A DNA stretch of 29,517 nucleotides, taken from an uncultured Fibrobacterota bacterium (GTDB lineage Bacteria > Fibrobacterota > OXYB2-FULL-49-7 > CAYNYI01). The DNA lies in contig CAYNYI010000026.1 in NCBI GenBank assembly GCA_964401455.1, positions 1 to 29,517 on the forward strand, written 5' to 3'. The notes under the pieces were generated by a model. It saw only the letters and a program-made list of their open reading frames with translations. It made no database searches and was not told the DNA's origin. The position numbers were made by a program, and so were the translations under genes. This document shows, in pieces, positions 16,233 through 25,277 of the stretch (the first letter of the stretch is position 1; each line of letters opens with the position of its first letter).

Positions 16233-16261
16233 TTGACAAAGTCATGAAAAAGAGCTATATT
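16233..16261 (+). promoter_or_regulatory. Near-perfect sigma70-type promoter for the GntR-led operon: -35 TTGACA at 16233-16238, 17-bp spacer, -10 TATATT at 16256-16261. GT-N-AC-type half-sites (GTCAT) flank it.
   Basis: Read directly. The -35 is consensus, spacing is exactly 17 bp and the -10 is 5/6. Downstream, AAAGGA SD lies 6 nt before the TTG start at 16303. GTCATgaaaa…TGTCATagTTGAC repeats overlap the promoter. Confidence 0.5.
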
Positions 16262-16302
16262 GTCATAGTTGACTATTACAATGTGTAACCAAAGGACTTG
16301 GT

Positions 16303-16707
16303 TTGGCATTTAAATTTTCTCTGAACAGCTCTTCCGGAGTTCCTTATTACCGGCAGATAGTTAATCAGGTAACTTACGGAGTGGTTAACAGCATCTTTGA
16401 GCCGGGCGAGCGTCTTCCGACCGTGCGGCAACTGGCGGTGGACCTTCAGGTAAACCTGAATACCGTTTCAAAAGCCTATACAGAACTCGAATTAAAAGGA
16501 ATAGTCAATACCCAGCAGGGGACCGGGACATTTATTTCAGAGAATAAGGTGCGTATCGATCCTAAAACGAAAGAAAAAGGGCTCCGCCAGCTATGTCTGA
16601 ATTTTTTGAATGAAACCGCGGCGCTCGGTATAAAAGCAGAAGACTCACTTAAAGAATTAAAGAAAATAGAATCCGAAAGAAAAAGAAACCCGCACAAAGG
16701 AAATTGA
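16303..16707 (+). CDS. GntR-family transcriptional regulator of the short YtrA-like subfamily.
   Basis: 134-aa ORF with a TTG start. The winged HTH LPTVRQLAVDLQVNLNTVSKAYTELELKGIVNTQQGTGTFIS is the canonical GntR N-terminal domain. A short C-terminal helix follows. The stop overlaps the next gene. Confidence 0.85.
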   Translation: MAFKFSLNSSSGVPYYRQIVNQVTYGVVNSIFEPGERLPTVRQLAVDLQVNLNTVSKAYTELELKGIVNTQQGTGTFISENKVRIDPKTKEKGLRQLCLNFLNETAALGIKAEDSLKELKKIESERKRNPHKGN

Positions 16708-16709
16708 AA

Positions 16710-17675
16710 ATGGCTGAAAAAATACGGGAATTCAAAGAAAGAAGAGAATTTAATCCGGTTACCTGGAATATTCGGAAGGCATTGTTCTCGCTGAAGCGTT
16801 ATTCACTCAATGTGATGTTTTTCCTCCTTGCCGGGGCCTTAATTTACTTTCTAAGAAACCGTCTTGTATTAAACAGATCTGCGGAAACGGCGCTGTATAT
16901 TGTTTCCGGTTTATTTGTTATTTTGGGGTTTTCCGTAAGGACCGCTTTCGAATGGGAGAGGGTTCCCCTTTTGCGCCTGGGAAAATTCAGAAAAGCGAGT
17001 GGTCCGGGAATCTTTTTTCTAATACCTTTTGTTGATATCCCTTGCGGTTATGTTGACTGCCGCATAACCGTTACAGACTTCAGCGCCGAGAAAGTCTTAA
17101 CCAAAGACGCTGTTCCGATATATGTGGATGCGATAATTTTCTGGATGATCTGGGACGCTTCAAAGGCCAGGCTTGAAGTGGAGAATTATAAAAACGCCGT
17201 TCCTTTGAGCGCAAAAACGGCATTGCGGGACATCATAGGAAAAACCACCCTGGCGGAATTGCTTACGGGACGGGATGAAATCGGATCAGAGCTCCAGAAG
17301 ATACTCGATGACAAAACAAATCCCTGGGGAATAACCTCTCTTTCTGTTGAAATAAAAGATATCGTTATTCCCGAAGAACTTGAAGACGCTATCAGTAAAG
17401 AGGCCCAGGCGGAAAGAGAAAAAAACGCGAGAATAATTCTCGGGTCGGCCGAGGTCGAGCTTTCTGAGAAGTATTCTGAGGCATCCGAAAAATACAAGGG
17501 AAATGACGAAGCGCTTACTCTTCGTTCATTAAATCTGCTTCTTGAGACGCTGAAAAGCAAAGGGTCCATGATTCTGGTTCCTTCGGAGACGCCGCATGTG
17601 ATGAATAAAGCGCTTTCGGCCGCATTGGCCCGAAAGGCAGGTAATGATGCTGCAACCCCGCAAGCCGATATATAA
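16710..17675 (+). CDS. SPFH/band-7 (stomatin/prohibitin-like) membrane protein.
   Basis: Two N-terminal transmembrane helices, then an SPFH core (ERVPLLRLGKFRKASGPGIFFLIPFVD…VTDFSAEKVLTKDAVPIYVDAIIFW…LRDIIGKTTLAELLTGRDEIGSELQKILDDKTNPWGI…VEIKDIVIPEELEDAISKEAQAEREKNARI) and a coiled-coil tail. The ATG at 16710 has an AAGGAAA SD. The track's TTG at 16704 is less likely. Confidence 0.85.
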   Translation: MAEKIREFKERREFNPVTWNIRKALFSLKRYSLNVMFFLLAGALIYFLRNRLVLNRSAETALYIVSGLFVILGFSVRTAFEWERVPLLRLGKFRKASGPGIFFLIPFVDIPCGYVDCRITVTDFSAEKVLTKDAVPIYVDAIIFWMIWDASKARLEVENYKNAVPLSAKTALRDIIGKTTLAELLTGRDEIGSELQKILDDKTNPWGITSLSVEIKDIVIPEELEDAISKEAQAEREKNARIILGSAEVELSEKYSEASEKYKGNDEALTLRSLNLLLETLKSKGSMILVPSETPHVMNKALSAALARKAGNDAATPQADI

Positions 17676-17698
17676 ATTTTTAAAACGGAGGCCTTAAA

Positions 17699-20593
17699 AT
17701 GAGGCAGAAAATTTTCAGAAAAATCGGAGACCTTGTGACTTCCCGCCCGGGAGGGATACTTGTTTTCAGTTTTATTTTAACTATTCTTATGGTTCTGGCC
17801 GCAGCGCGCATCAGTTTCAAGACTCAGATAGCCGACATGATGCCGGAGGAACTGCCGCAGGTCAATGAATTGATGGAAATTATAGAGGACTACCAGAGTG
17901 AGTCCACGGTGATGATCACTGTAGAGAGCGAAAAGAAAGATATTGAAGCGATGAAAAAGTGCGCCGATGAGCTTTCCGGAAAACTGAAGAAAATCCGGAG
18001 GATAAAACCTGCGAATCCGGAGAAACTTTCGCTGATTCAGAAGATCAATTCAGCCAAGGGTGTTTTCCCGCTGGCCGGAGTAGAATATGATACTGTAGAT
18101 CTTGTTAAACGTGTTGATTATAAAATCGACAATGACTTCATTGAGTCGCATGCCATGATGATTCAGAAAACAAAAGATCTTCGTAATATGGTCTCGATGT
18201 ATAAAAGCGTGGCTCTTCCCGAGCTTGTGGAAAATATAAACAACAGTTTCGAGAAAGAATTCATTGACGACTCGGAAAACATGACAACTCTCGACGGCGA
18301 AAACCAGGCCGTCCAGGGCCTTGAGAGTATGCGCAAATTCATGGCAGGGATAAAGGAGTATATAGAGGAATCGGATTCCGCCGGAGCGGCACGTTCGGTT
18401 GAGAACCTTTTGACAGGCTCGGAATATATGCTCTCTCCTGATAATAAAATGCTTATGATGGTACTTCGCCCCGCTGTAAGTTTCAATCATTTTGAAGATA
18501 TGATGTATCTTGGATACCGTATTGATGATACTCTTTCGACGGTAATGAAAAAATACCCTGATCTTGAAATCGGGCGGACCGGGGCGATGATGCTTCAGAT
18601 AGACGAGAATAAGGCTCTCGAGAAAGACTTCAGTATTCCGAGTGTTATCGCGCTTATTCTGATACTGATTATACTGATAGGTTCATTCCGGACGTGGAAA
18701 AACCCGTTTTATTCTGTTTTTACACTGATTATTTCGATAATTTGGGTCACAGGGCTTCTCGGCATAGTTCTGCAATACCTTAATATGATGTCCGCGGGTT
18801 TCGGTATAGTTCTTATCGGCCTCGGAATAGACTTCGGAATACATTTTATTTCAGGATTCAAGGACGGCCGCGAGCAGGGGAAAAGTGCAGTCGATTCCAT
18901 ATATTATATGTATAACCGCGTTGGCAGCGGAGTGATTACGGGCGGAATGACAACGGCGATAGTTTTTCTAAGCCTCCCTCTTACCCGTTTCGAGGCATAT
19001 TCACAGATGGGAATAGCGATGGGGCTTGGAATAATCACGACCCTTTTTGCCATGCTGATTTTACTTCCGGCCCTTATAATGTGGGACAACAAAGGCTACA
19101 GCCTTGCCGGCAACTTTTTTCGGAAAGCCGGGCTTGGCTTTATTCCTTCTGTCTGGAATACTGTTGATAAAACTGTCGGTAAAATAATACCGAAGAAACT
19201 GTTGCGTTCATTATCTGCTCCGCTTCAGTTCGGATTTCTGGACTCAATTGGTTTTGCCATAAAAAAAATGCCCGTAGCCGTTCTAATACTATTGATTTCC
19301 GCAGTTATTACGGTTTTATCTATAATCGGAGGCTTTAACCTGGATTTCGAATATGATATGATGGAGCTTCAGCCCAAGGGCACTTTGAGCGCTGTTACTC
19401 AGGATAAAATCATTGATAAGTTTGAAATCTCACCGGATCAGGCAATGATAAAAGCCCCGGGAATAGATCGGTGCAGAGAAATGGTTGAAAAATATAAAAA
19501 AATCGGAAACCGGACAGGTCTTATCGGAAGAGTGGACGCAATCACCGAGTTTCTGCCGGAAGAAGAAGTTCAGCGTGAGAACGCGGCGTTTATAAAAGAT
19601 TTTAAGCTGAAGTTCAAAAAAGTGGACCCTGTTCCGGTGCTGGACGATGAAGATTCAGAGAAACTTGTCACCGAATTGAGGAGGTTTCATAAGAATATTG
19701 TAGAAATCGGGGAACTCTCTGTGCTGAGTATGGGGCAGAAAAATAAAATTATAAGAAAATGCGACCAGATAGCAGGTAAAAAGGATGAAGATTCTTTTGT
19801 GCTGCAGCTTGCCTCGTTGATTGAAAAATACCCGCAGTCTTCCAGGCAGGTTAACGGCTATCAGCGAATCGCCGGGCCTGTAATGAAGGAAAAAGTCCTT
19901 GAAATGACTTCTACAGATATTGTAACTCTCGAAAAACTCCCGGAGACTATAAAAGAAAGATATGTAAACCCTAACAATGACGAGTTATTAATAACTGTGT
20001 ATCCGAAGTCATATATATGGAATGAAAAAAATCTGCACAGGTTTAACAAGATGACAGCAAGAGTTTCCGAAAGAATCACGGGGATGCCGGTTATTATGCA
20101 GCTTATGATGGACCTGATGGGAAAAAAAGGAAAACAGGCGGTTTTAATAGGGGCTTTGGCAATTGCTTTGTTCCTGCTTTTTGACTTCCGCTCAATGAGA
20201 TACACCATCCTTGCCGCCGTACCGCTCGCGGCGGGTTCGGCCTGGATGTTCGGGCTTATGTATATCTTCGGTGTAAAGCTGAGCATGATGAATTTTATCG
20301 CGCTCCCGCTTATTATAGGTATCGGGATAGACGATGGAGTGCATATGCTGCACCGATACAGGATTGAGGGGCCGGGTTCCGTTCCGATCGTCCTTAAATA
20401 TACGGGAAGGGCGACTCTTTTGACTTCGCTTACAACTATGATAGGTTTCGGTTCGATGGGACTGGCTTCCCATAAAGGTATTGCGGTACTCGGGCAGACA
20501 TTGTTTTTCGGGGTCGGTTCCTGCTTTTTGAGCTCGGCTTTCATGCTGCCGGCAATCCTTACTATTATGGAAAAATTTCAGAAAAAAAATTAA
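17699..20593 (+). CDS. MMPL/RND-superfamily exporter (COG1033, HpnN-like) with two 6-TM bundles and two large periplasmic domains.
   Basis: 964-aa ORF with a duplicated architecture of N-terminal TM, periplasmic domain and TM cluster. The TM clusters span about residues 310-460 (LILIILIGSFRTW…GIDFGIHFISGF…) and 800-960 (…LPLIIGIGIDDGVHMLHRYR…), typical of MMPL/SSD-type RND proteins. A GGAGG SD lies 7 nt upstream. Confidence 0.8.
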   Translation: MRQKIFRKIGDLVTSRPGGILVFSFILTILMVLAAARISFKTQIADMMPEELPQVNELMEIIEDYQSESTVMITVESEKKDIEAMKKCADELSGKLKKIRRIKPANPEKLSLIQKINSAKGVFPLAGVEYDTVDLVKRVDYKIDNDFIESHAMMIQKTKDLRNMVSMYKSVALPELVENINNSFEKEFIDDSENMTTLDGENQAVQGLESMRKFMAGIKEYIEESDSAGAARSVENLLTGSEYMLSPDNKMLMMVLRPAVSFNHFEDMMYLGYRIDDTLSTVMKKYPDLEIGRTGAMMLQIDENKALEKDFSIPSVIALILILIILIGSFRTWKNPFYSVFTLIISIIWVTGLLGIVLQYLNMMSAGFGIVLIGLGIDFGIHFISGFKDGREQGKSAVDSIYYMYNRVGSGVITGGMTTAIVFLSLPLTRFEAYSQMGIAMGLGIITTLFAMLILLPALIMWDNKGYSLAGNFFRKAGLGFIPSVWNTVDKTVGKIIPKKLLRSLSAPLQFGFLDSIGFAIKKMPVAVLILLISAVITVLSIIGGFNLDFEYDMMELQPKGTLSAVTQDKIIDKFEISPDQAMIKAPGIDRCREMVEKYKKIGNRTGLIGRVDAITEFLPEEEVQRENAAFIKDFKLKFKKVDPVPVLDDEDSEKLVTELRRFHKNIVEIGELSVLSMGQKNKIIRKCDQIAGKKDEDSFVLQLASLIEKYPQSSRQVNGYQRIAGPVMKEKVLEMTSTDIVTLEKLPETIKERYVNPNNDELLITVYPKSYIWNEKNLHRFNKMTARVSERITGMPVIMQLMMDLMGKKGKQAVLIGALAIALFLLFDFRSMRYTILAAVPLAAGSAWMFGLMYIFGVKLSMMNFIALPLIIGIGIDDGVHMLHRYRIEGPGSVPIVLKYTGRATLLTSLTTMIGFGSMGLASHKGIAVLGQTLFFGVGSCFLSSAFMLPAILTIMEKFQKKN

Positions 20594-20612
20594 TCAATAT
20601 AAGGAGGAAACC

Positions 20613-21350
20613 ATGATAAAAACATTTATGATTGTACTGGGTATTTTAGCGGGGCCGGTTTTTTCCATAACAGCCGATGAAATACTCGACAAAATGGAGA
20701 AAAATGAAAACGCGCAAACCTCTAAGAGCACTGTAAAGCAGACGGTATATAATACAGACGGCAGTAAAAATGTTTCAAAGCTTCTAAACTATTCTTTTAA
20801 TGAAGGCGAAAAGGCGCTCATAGAATATATATCTCCCGCGCGAATAGAGGGAATGAAAATACTCACGCTTAACGACGGCGACGATATATGGTTTTATTCT
20901 CCCCGGACCGCCCGTGTAAGAAAAATAGCCAGCCATCAGAAGAACCAGTCGGTAAACGGATCCGACTTTTCCTATGAGGATTTGTCAACAGGAGACAGAA
21001 GAGAAGATTATGACGCTTCTCTGGACGGTGAAAAAGAAATAAGGGATACAGACTGCTACAAAGTTATTATGAAGGCAAAGAATGAGGATGAAACCTACAG
21101 CAAGATTGTGTTTTATGTCGATAAGGAAAAATTTATAGGAATAGAGGGACATTTTCATGATGAATTCGGAGAATTATGGAAAAAACTGATAATGAAAGAC
21201 ATTGAAAAGATCGGAAAATACTGGACGCCGGAATACATCGAGATGAAAAATGTTTTAAAGGGCTCCCGGACTGTTATGGAAATGGAAAATATTGAATATG
21301 ATATTGATCTTGATGAATCCATGTTTTCCACAAGGTTTTTGAAAAGATAA
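20613..21350 (+). CDS. Periplasmic LolA-like protein of the 'outer-membrane lipoprotein-sorting protein' family. Its length fits the ~250-aa LolA-like (PF17131) family.
   Basis: 245-aa ORF with an SPI signal peptide (MIKTFMIVLGILAGPVFSITADE) and no lipobox Cys. The beta-rich sequence with GSDFSYEDL and YKVIMKAKNEDETYSKIVFYVDKEKFIGIEG segments matches my recollection of the LolA-like family often found beside COG1033 exporters. An AAGGAGG SD is present. Confidence 0.55.
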   Translation: MIKTFMIVLGILAGPVFSITADEILDKMEKNENAQTSKSTVKQTVYNTDGSKNVSKLLNYSFNEGEKALIEYISPARIEGMKILTLNDGDDIWFYSPRTARVRKIASHQKNQSVNGSDFSYEDLSTGDRREDYDASLDGEKEIRDTDCYKVIMKAKNEDETYSKIVFYVDKEKFIGIEGHFHDEFGELWKKLIMKDIEKIGKYWTPEYIEMKNVLKGSRTVMEMENIEYDIDLDESMFSTRFLKR

Positions 21351-21374
21351 CACTTTATTCAGCGGAGTATAAAA

Positions 21375-22631
21375 ATGAGATATGTATTAGTAATGATGTT
21401 ACTTGCCGTATCGGTTTTTCCGGAAGGCATAAAGCTTGGAGGATATCTTGAAAACAGGACTGCCGTAACTTTTTCTGAAAAAGAAAGCATAAGCAATGCG
21501 TCTTTGCTAAGGCTCGAGTCTTCAAAAGATTTCGGGACTAAGGGCGCTTTCGATGCTCATCTTTCTGTATATTCCAAAAAAGAACCGGTGGACATTTTTT
21601 CAAATATTCGTCCTGAAAGCGCGATGGAAAAAGCGGTGCTTGGTTTGTATGGCCCCTTGCTTGAAAGTCTGCCTCCGGAGACCCTCCTGCCGGCGGAAAT
21701 TTTAATCCCGGAAGAGGCCGGAGAAATGATGGAAGTTTTCATTACCTACGGTCCGTACTCTGACTTTATAAATACCGACGGAATAGAACTCGACAGGGCC
21801 GTTTTGAAATTGTTTTTCAATAAATTCGATTTGTATTTCGGTAAGCAGCTTATCGCATGGGGAGCGGGATACGCTTTTAATCCGACTGATGTCTGGAATA
21901 TGAAAAACCCCATGGATCCGGAAGCCCCGAAAAAGGGAACAAACGCACTCCGCGCCGAGGTGCCTCTGGGTGCCGCCGCGGGGCTTTCTCTTGTCGCTTC
22001 AACGGGGAGTGATTTCAGCCATTCGAGCGGAGGGGCGCGTCTGAAAGGTTTTTTTAAAGGCTTTGATCTTTCAATGAGCGCTATGAAAGTCCACACTCCG
22101 GACCGCGAGTTGGCAGGACTTCCGAAGAAAATAATGGCCGGAGCCGATATGGCCGGGCAGGTTTTTGATGTCGGTGTCTGGGCCGAAGGGGCCTGGAATA
22201 ATCCTGTTTACGATGAATACACAAAAACGGACTCCGCCTACTTCCAGGCCGACGCGGGGCTTGACTATACCTTTGAAAACGGTCTTTATGTTCTCGGAGA
22301 GTATTTTTACAACGGCCTCGGTAAAAATGATCCTGATAAATATTCCGGTAACGATCTTATAAATATGTTTTCAGGTGAGATGCCCGGTTTCGGGCGCAAT
22401 TACGCAATGGCGGGTCTCAGGAGAGAGTTTTTTATAAAGTATAATTTTTCTGTTTTCAGCCTGACAAATATTTCAGACGGGTCTTTTATGCTTTTGCCGA
22501 TGGTTGAATACTCTTTCTCTGATAATATTTCCGTAGAACTTCGAGGGCAGGCCCCGATCGGGGACGGGAAAAAAAGCGAATACGGCTCTTATTACGGGAG
22601 CCTGGGTATGGGGGTCAAGGGGTATTTTTAA
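21375..22631 (+). CDS. Outer-membrane beta-barrel protein with a signal peptide and C-terminal aromatic residue; a candidate outer-membrane partner of the exporter.
   Basis: 418-aa ORF. Signal peptide MRYVLVMMLLAVSVF. Alternating amphipathic beta-strand pattern. C-terminal …LGMGVKGYF ends in Phe, the OMP beta-signal. Confidence 0.55.
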   Translation: MRYVLVMMLLAVSVFPEGIKLGGYLENRTAVTFSEKESISNASLLRLESSKDFGTKGAFDAHLSVYSKKEPVDIFSNIRPESAMEKAVLGLYGPLLESLPPETLLPAEILIPEEAGEMMEVFITYGPYSDFINTDGIELDRAVLKLFFNKFDLYFGKQLIAWGAGYAFNPTDVWNMKNPMDPEAPKKGTNALRAEVPLGAAAGLSLVASTGSDFSHSSGGARLKGFFKGFDLSMSAMKVHTPDRELAGLPKKIMAGADMAGQVFDVGVWAEGAWNNPVYDEYTKTDSAYFQADAGLDYTFENGLYVLGEYFYNGLGKNDPDKYSGNDLINMFSGEMPGFGRNYAMAGLRREFFIKYNFSVFSLTNISDGSFMLLPMVEYSFSDNISVELRGQAPIGDGKKSEYGSYYGSLGMGVKGYF

Positions 22632-22641
22632 TTATTTATGA

Positions 22642-22676
22642 CACTTTGATTCTCAATCAAAAAAAGTGGTTTTCTC
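22642..22676 (+). terminator. Weak, AT-rich hairpin plus short T-run just after the outer-membrane-protein stop; a possible terminator.
   Basis: CACTTTGAT-tctca-ATCAAA(aaaa)GTG followed by GTTTTCTC. The stem is imperfect and contains a 4-A bulge, so it is low-confidence. Confidence 0.2.
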
Positions 22677-22746
22677 TAGCGATAGCCAGGTTGCGAGATT
22701 GACATTGAGCTCTTAAATTCTGATTTCCAGGTTAATAATTAATATT

Positions 22747-22774
22747 TTGACGCTCTTGACAAAATTAGTATATT
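22747..22774 (+). promoter_or_regulatory. Candidate sigma70-type promoter for the hybrid histidine kinase: -35 TTGACG at 22747-22752, 16-bp spacer, -10 TATATT at 22769-22774. The alternative is TTGACA at 22756-22761 with 17 bp to TAGATT at 22779-22784.
   Basis: Read directly. The region contains the 12-mer GCTCTTGACAAA (22752-22763), identical to the one in the GntR promoter (16229-16240). Confidence 0.35.
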
Positions 22775-22813
22775 AACTTAGATTAGTATAGCGGAGTCCA
22801 CTATTTCAGGAGC

Positions 22814-25264
22814 GTGTCTTTTTTGATAAAAATTACAGAGAAGGAATTTCTCCGCCTGAAAAGGCTGAATGATATTTCAGCCGCATTACGCCGGGTAAAC
22901 AGGTGTATTAACAGGGCTTCGGAAAAAAACGAACTTCTTGAAAATATCTGCTCAGCTTTTGCAAAAGAGGAGTTTTGCTTCGGGGCCTGGGCCGCATTTC
23001 TTAATTCTGACAAAGATATTGAATTGTCTTTCGGATCTGTTCCGGGGATGGCAAGGCAGGAATCCGCAAGCATTCTCGAAAATAATCTTATGCCGCGCTG
23101 TTTCAGTCTTAACCTTGAGATCGCTGAAAAACTTCTGATAATAAACGGAAAAGAAAGCTGTTCCTCCTGCCTGGCGCTCGGCCCGGATACAGACCGGTCT
23201 GTTATATCAATGAAAATAGAATCCCGTGATACCACCGCAGGTATTCTCTGTATATGTGTGGAAAAAACTATTTCGGATGATCCGGAAATTCTTGAACAAT
23301 TTTCTGAAACGGCCGGTGAATCAGGCTATGCCTTGTCTGCGCTGTGTGAAAAAGAAAAACGAATACAAACAGAGAATAAACTTAAAGAAAGCAGAGACCT
23401 CTTTCAAAAAATGCTCTCCGTTGTGCCGGATATGATATCCATTCATGACCGTGATATGAATATTCGCTACAGCAACTGGAGAGGGTTCGGCGCCATTCCC
23501 TCAGAAAAAAGGAACATCGGAGCCAAATGCTACAATGCCTACAGAGACAGAGATTCTGTCTGCCCCGACTGCAAAGCCCGGATGGTACTTGAGACAGGGG
23601 AACCATTTCATGAGGAGATAGCCCTTCCCGAAGGAATGTGGGTTGATCTTAGAATTCTTCCCATTAAAAATGAAAAAGGCAAGACCAATCTTTTTGTTGA
23701 ATGGGTCAAGGATATTTCCGAACAGAAAAGAACAGAGAAGGCCCTTCTGGAAAATGAGTCGCGATTCAGGGGCATATTCGAAAACTCAATATCAGGTATT
23801 GCTCTCCACAGCATAATAAAAGATGAAAACGGGCAGGCTGTGGATTATAAAATTCTCGATGTTAACCCGGCATTCGAGAAAATAACCGGAGTACAAAAGG
23901 AAAAAGCCAAAAGAAAAAGGGCTTCTGAACTATACGGTACCGATGACACTCCTTTTTTAAAGATATATTCAGAAGTTACCAAGACAGGCTCCTCTAAAGA
24001 ATTTGAGACAAGATTTGAACCAATGAATAAGACTTTTTCCATTTCCGCCTTTTCTCTCGGTAATGAAAGATTCGCGACAATTTTTGAAGACATTACCGAA
24101 AGAAAAGAAATAGAGCAAAAAATAAGACAGATGGAAAAGATGGATGCTGTCGGGCAGCTGGCGGGCGGAATCGCTCATGATTTCAATAATCAGCTTTCCG
24201 GAGTAATGGGATACGGCAGTATGCTTGTTGAAAAACTTAAAGAGCCGACTCTCCGGCGTTATGCCGAGAATATGCTTACCGGGGCAAAGCGTTCGGCTGA
24301 CCTTACGGAGCAGCTTCTGGCATTTTCACGTAAAGGTCAGTTCCAGCTTGTGAGGGTGAATGTTCATAAAATAATCGATGAAGTAATCGGAATTCTTCAA
24401 CACAGCATTGACAAGAAGATCGATGTGAAAAGAATTTTCGAAGCCGCAACCCCGATTGTGAATGGTGACCCTTCTCAGCTTCAAAATGCGCTTTTAAATC
24501 TTGCCTTAAACGCCAGAGACGCCTTGCCCGAAGGCGGTGAGATTATTTTCGCCACAAATTATACAGAACTCGACTCTGACTATTGTTTCAGGCAGCCTTA
24601 TGAAGTTGATCCAGGTAAATATATCAGGATTTCAGTTACAGATAACGGGACAGGAATGGATGATGAGACGCGCAAACATATTTTTGAGCCTTTTTTCACG
24701 ACTAAAGAGCCGGGTCGCGGGACCGGTATGGGGCTTGCGGCGGTTTACGGCACCGTGAAGAATCATGGCGGATCTGTAAATGTTTACAGTGAGCCGGGGC
24801 ACGGCACGACATTTCATTTGTATATACCCGCGGCTTCAGGCGTAGAGACTGAAGAAGATTATAAAACGGATCCTGATTTTTACGGTTTTAACGAGGGCGA
24901 TTTTGTGCTTGGCGCCGATGATGAGGAAATTTTTCGTGAACTGGCAAGGGATATCCTGACCGAGTCCGGCTTCAAGGTGCATACGGTCCCGGATGGTCAG
25001 GCCGCCATCGATTATTACAGGAAGAATAAAGAGCAGATTGATGTTCTTATTCTTGATATGGTTATGCCGAATAAAGACGGCAAAGAAACTTTCGATGCCG
25101 TTTTAAAAATTAATCCGCAGGTAAAAGTCCTTTTGGCATCGGGTTACAGCATCAACGGCGAGGCGCAGGTTCTTCTGGAAAAAGGGGTGAAGGACTTTCT
25201 TCAGAAACCGTTTACCAAAAATGAACTGATTGGAAAACTCGGCAGGTTGTTAAAAAGAGACTAA
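22814..25264 (+). CDS. Cytoplasmic hybrid sensor histidine kinase: GAF-like domain, two PAS domains, HisKA, HATPase and a C-terminal receiver.
   Basis: 816 aa. H-box [20 protein letters not shown]1 and G2 boxes ([32 protein letters not shown]). Receiver with ADDEE…ILDMVMP…K. No transmembrane segments. The start is GTG 22814 or, with better SD spacing, TTG 22823. Confidence 0.9.
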   Translation: MSFLIKITEKEFLRLKRLNDISAALRRVNRCINRASEKNELLENICSAFAKEEFCFGAWAAFLNSDKDIELSFGSVPGMARQESASILENNLMPRCFSLNLEIAEKLLIINGKESCSSCLALGPDTDRSVISMKIESRDTTAGILCICVEKTISDDPEILEQFSETAGESGYALSALCEKEKRIQTENKLKESRDLFQKMLSVVPDMISIHDRDMNIRYSNWRGFGAIPSEKRNIGAKCYNAYRDRDSVCPDCKARMVLETGEPFHEEIALPEGMWVDLRILPIKNEKGKTNLFVEWVKDISEQKRTEKALLENESRFRGIFENSISGIALHSIIKDENGQAVDYKILDVNPAFEKITGVQKEKAKRKRASELYGTDDTPFLKIYSEVTKTGSSKEFETRFEPMNKTFSISAFSLGNERFATIFEDITERKEIEQKIRQMEKMDAVGQLAGGIAHDFNNQLSGVMGYGSMLVEKLKEPTLRRYAENMLTGAKRSADLTEQLLAFSRKGQFQLVRVNVHKIIDEVIGILQHSIDKKIDVKRIFEAATPIVNGDPSQLQNALLNLALNARDALPEGGEIIFATNYTELDSDYCFRQPYEVDPGKYIRISVTDNGTGMDDETRKHIFEPFFTTKEPGRGTGMGLAAVYGTVKNHGGSVNVYSEPGHGTTFHLYIPAASGVETEEDYKTDPDFYGFNEGDFVLGADDEEIFRELARDILTESGFKVHTVPDGQAAIDYYRKNKEQIDVLILDMVMPNKDGKETFDAVLKINPQVKVLLASGYSINGEAQVLLEKGVKDFLQKPFTKNELIGKLGRLLKRD

Positions 25265-25277
25265 GAGTTTTCATAAT

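Noticed and set aside
19861-20544. 227-aa minus-strand ORF inside the MMPL exporter gene. Also 18050..18490, 18163..18486, 18709..18900 and 18904..19092.
   Set aside because: These antisense ORFs lie within a long gene whose sense frame shows the conserved transmembrane/MMPL architecture. They have no independent start signals.
22642-22668. Inverted repeat CACTTTGAT…ATCAAAAAAAGTG considered as a transposon terminal IR or regulatory palindrome.
   Set aside because: There is a single copy with no transposase or direct repeats nearby. Its position immediately 3' of a stop codon, with a following T-run, fits a weak terminator better.
22801-23235. 144-aa minus-strand ORF overlapping the 5' end of the hybrid histidine kinase and its promoter region.
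   Set aside because: It overlaps the promoter and N-terminus of a confidently called gene and has no SD or domain features. It is likely a spurious antisense frame.
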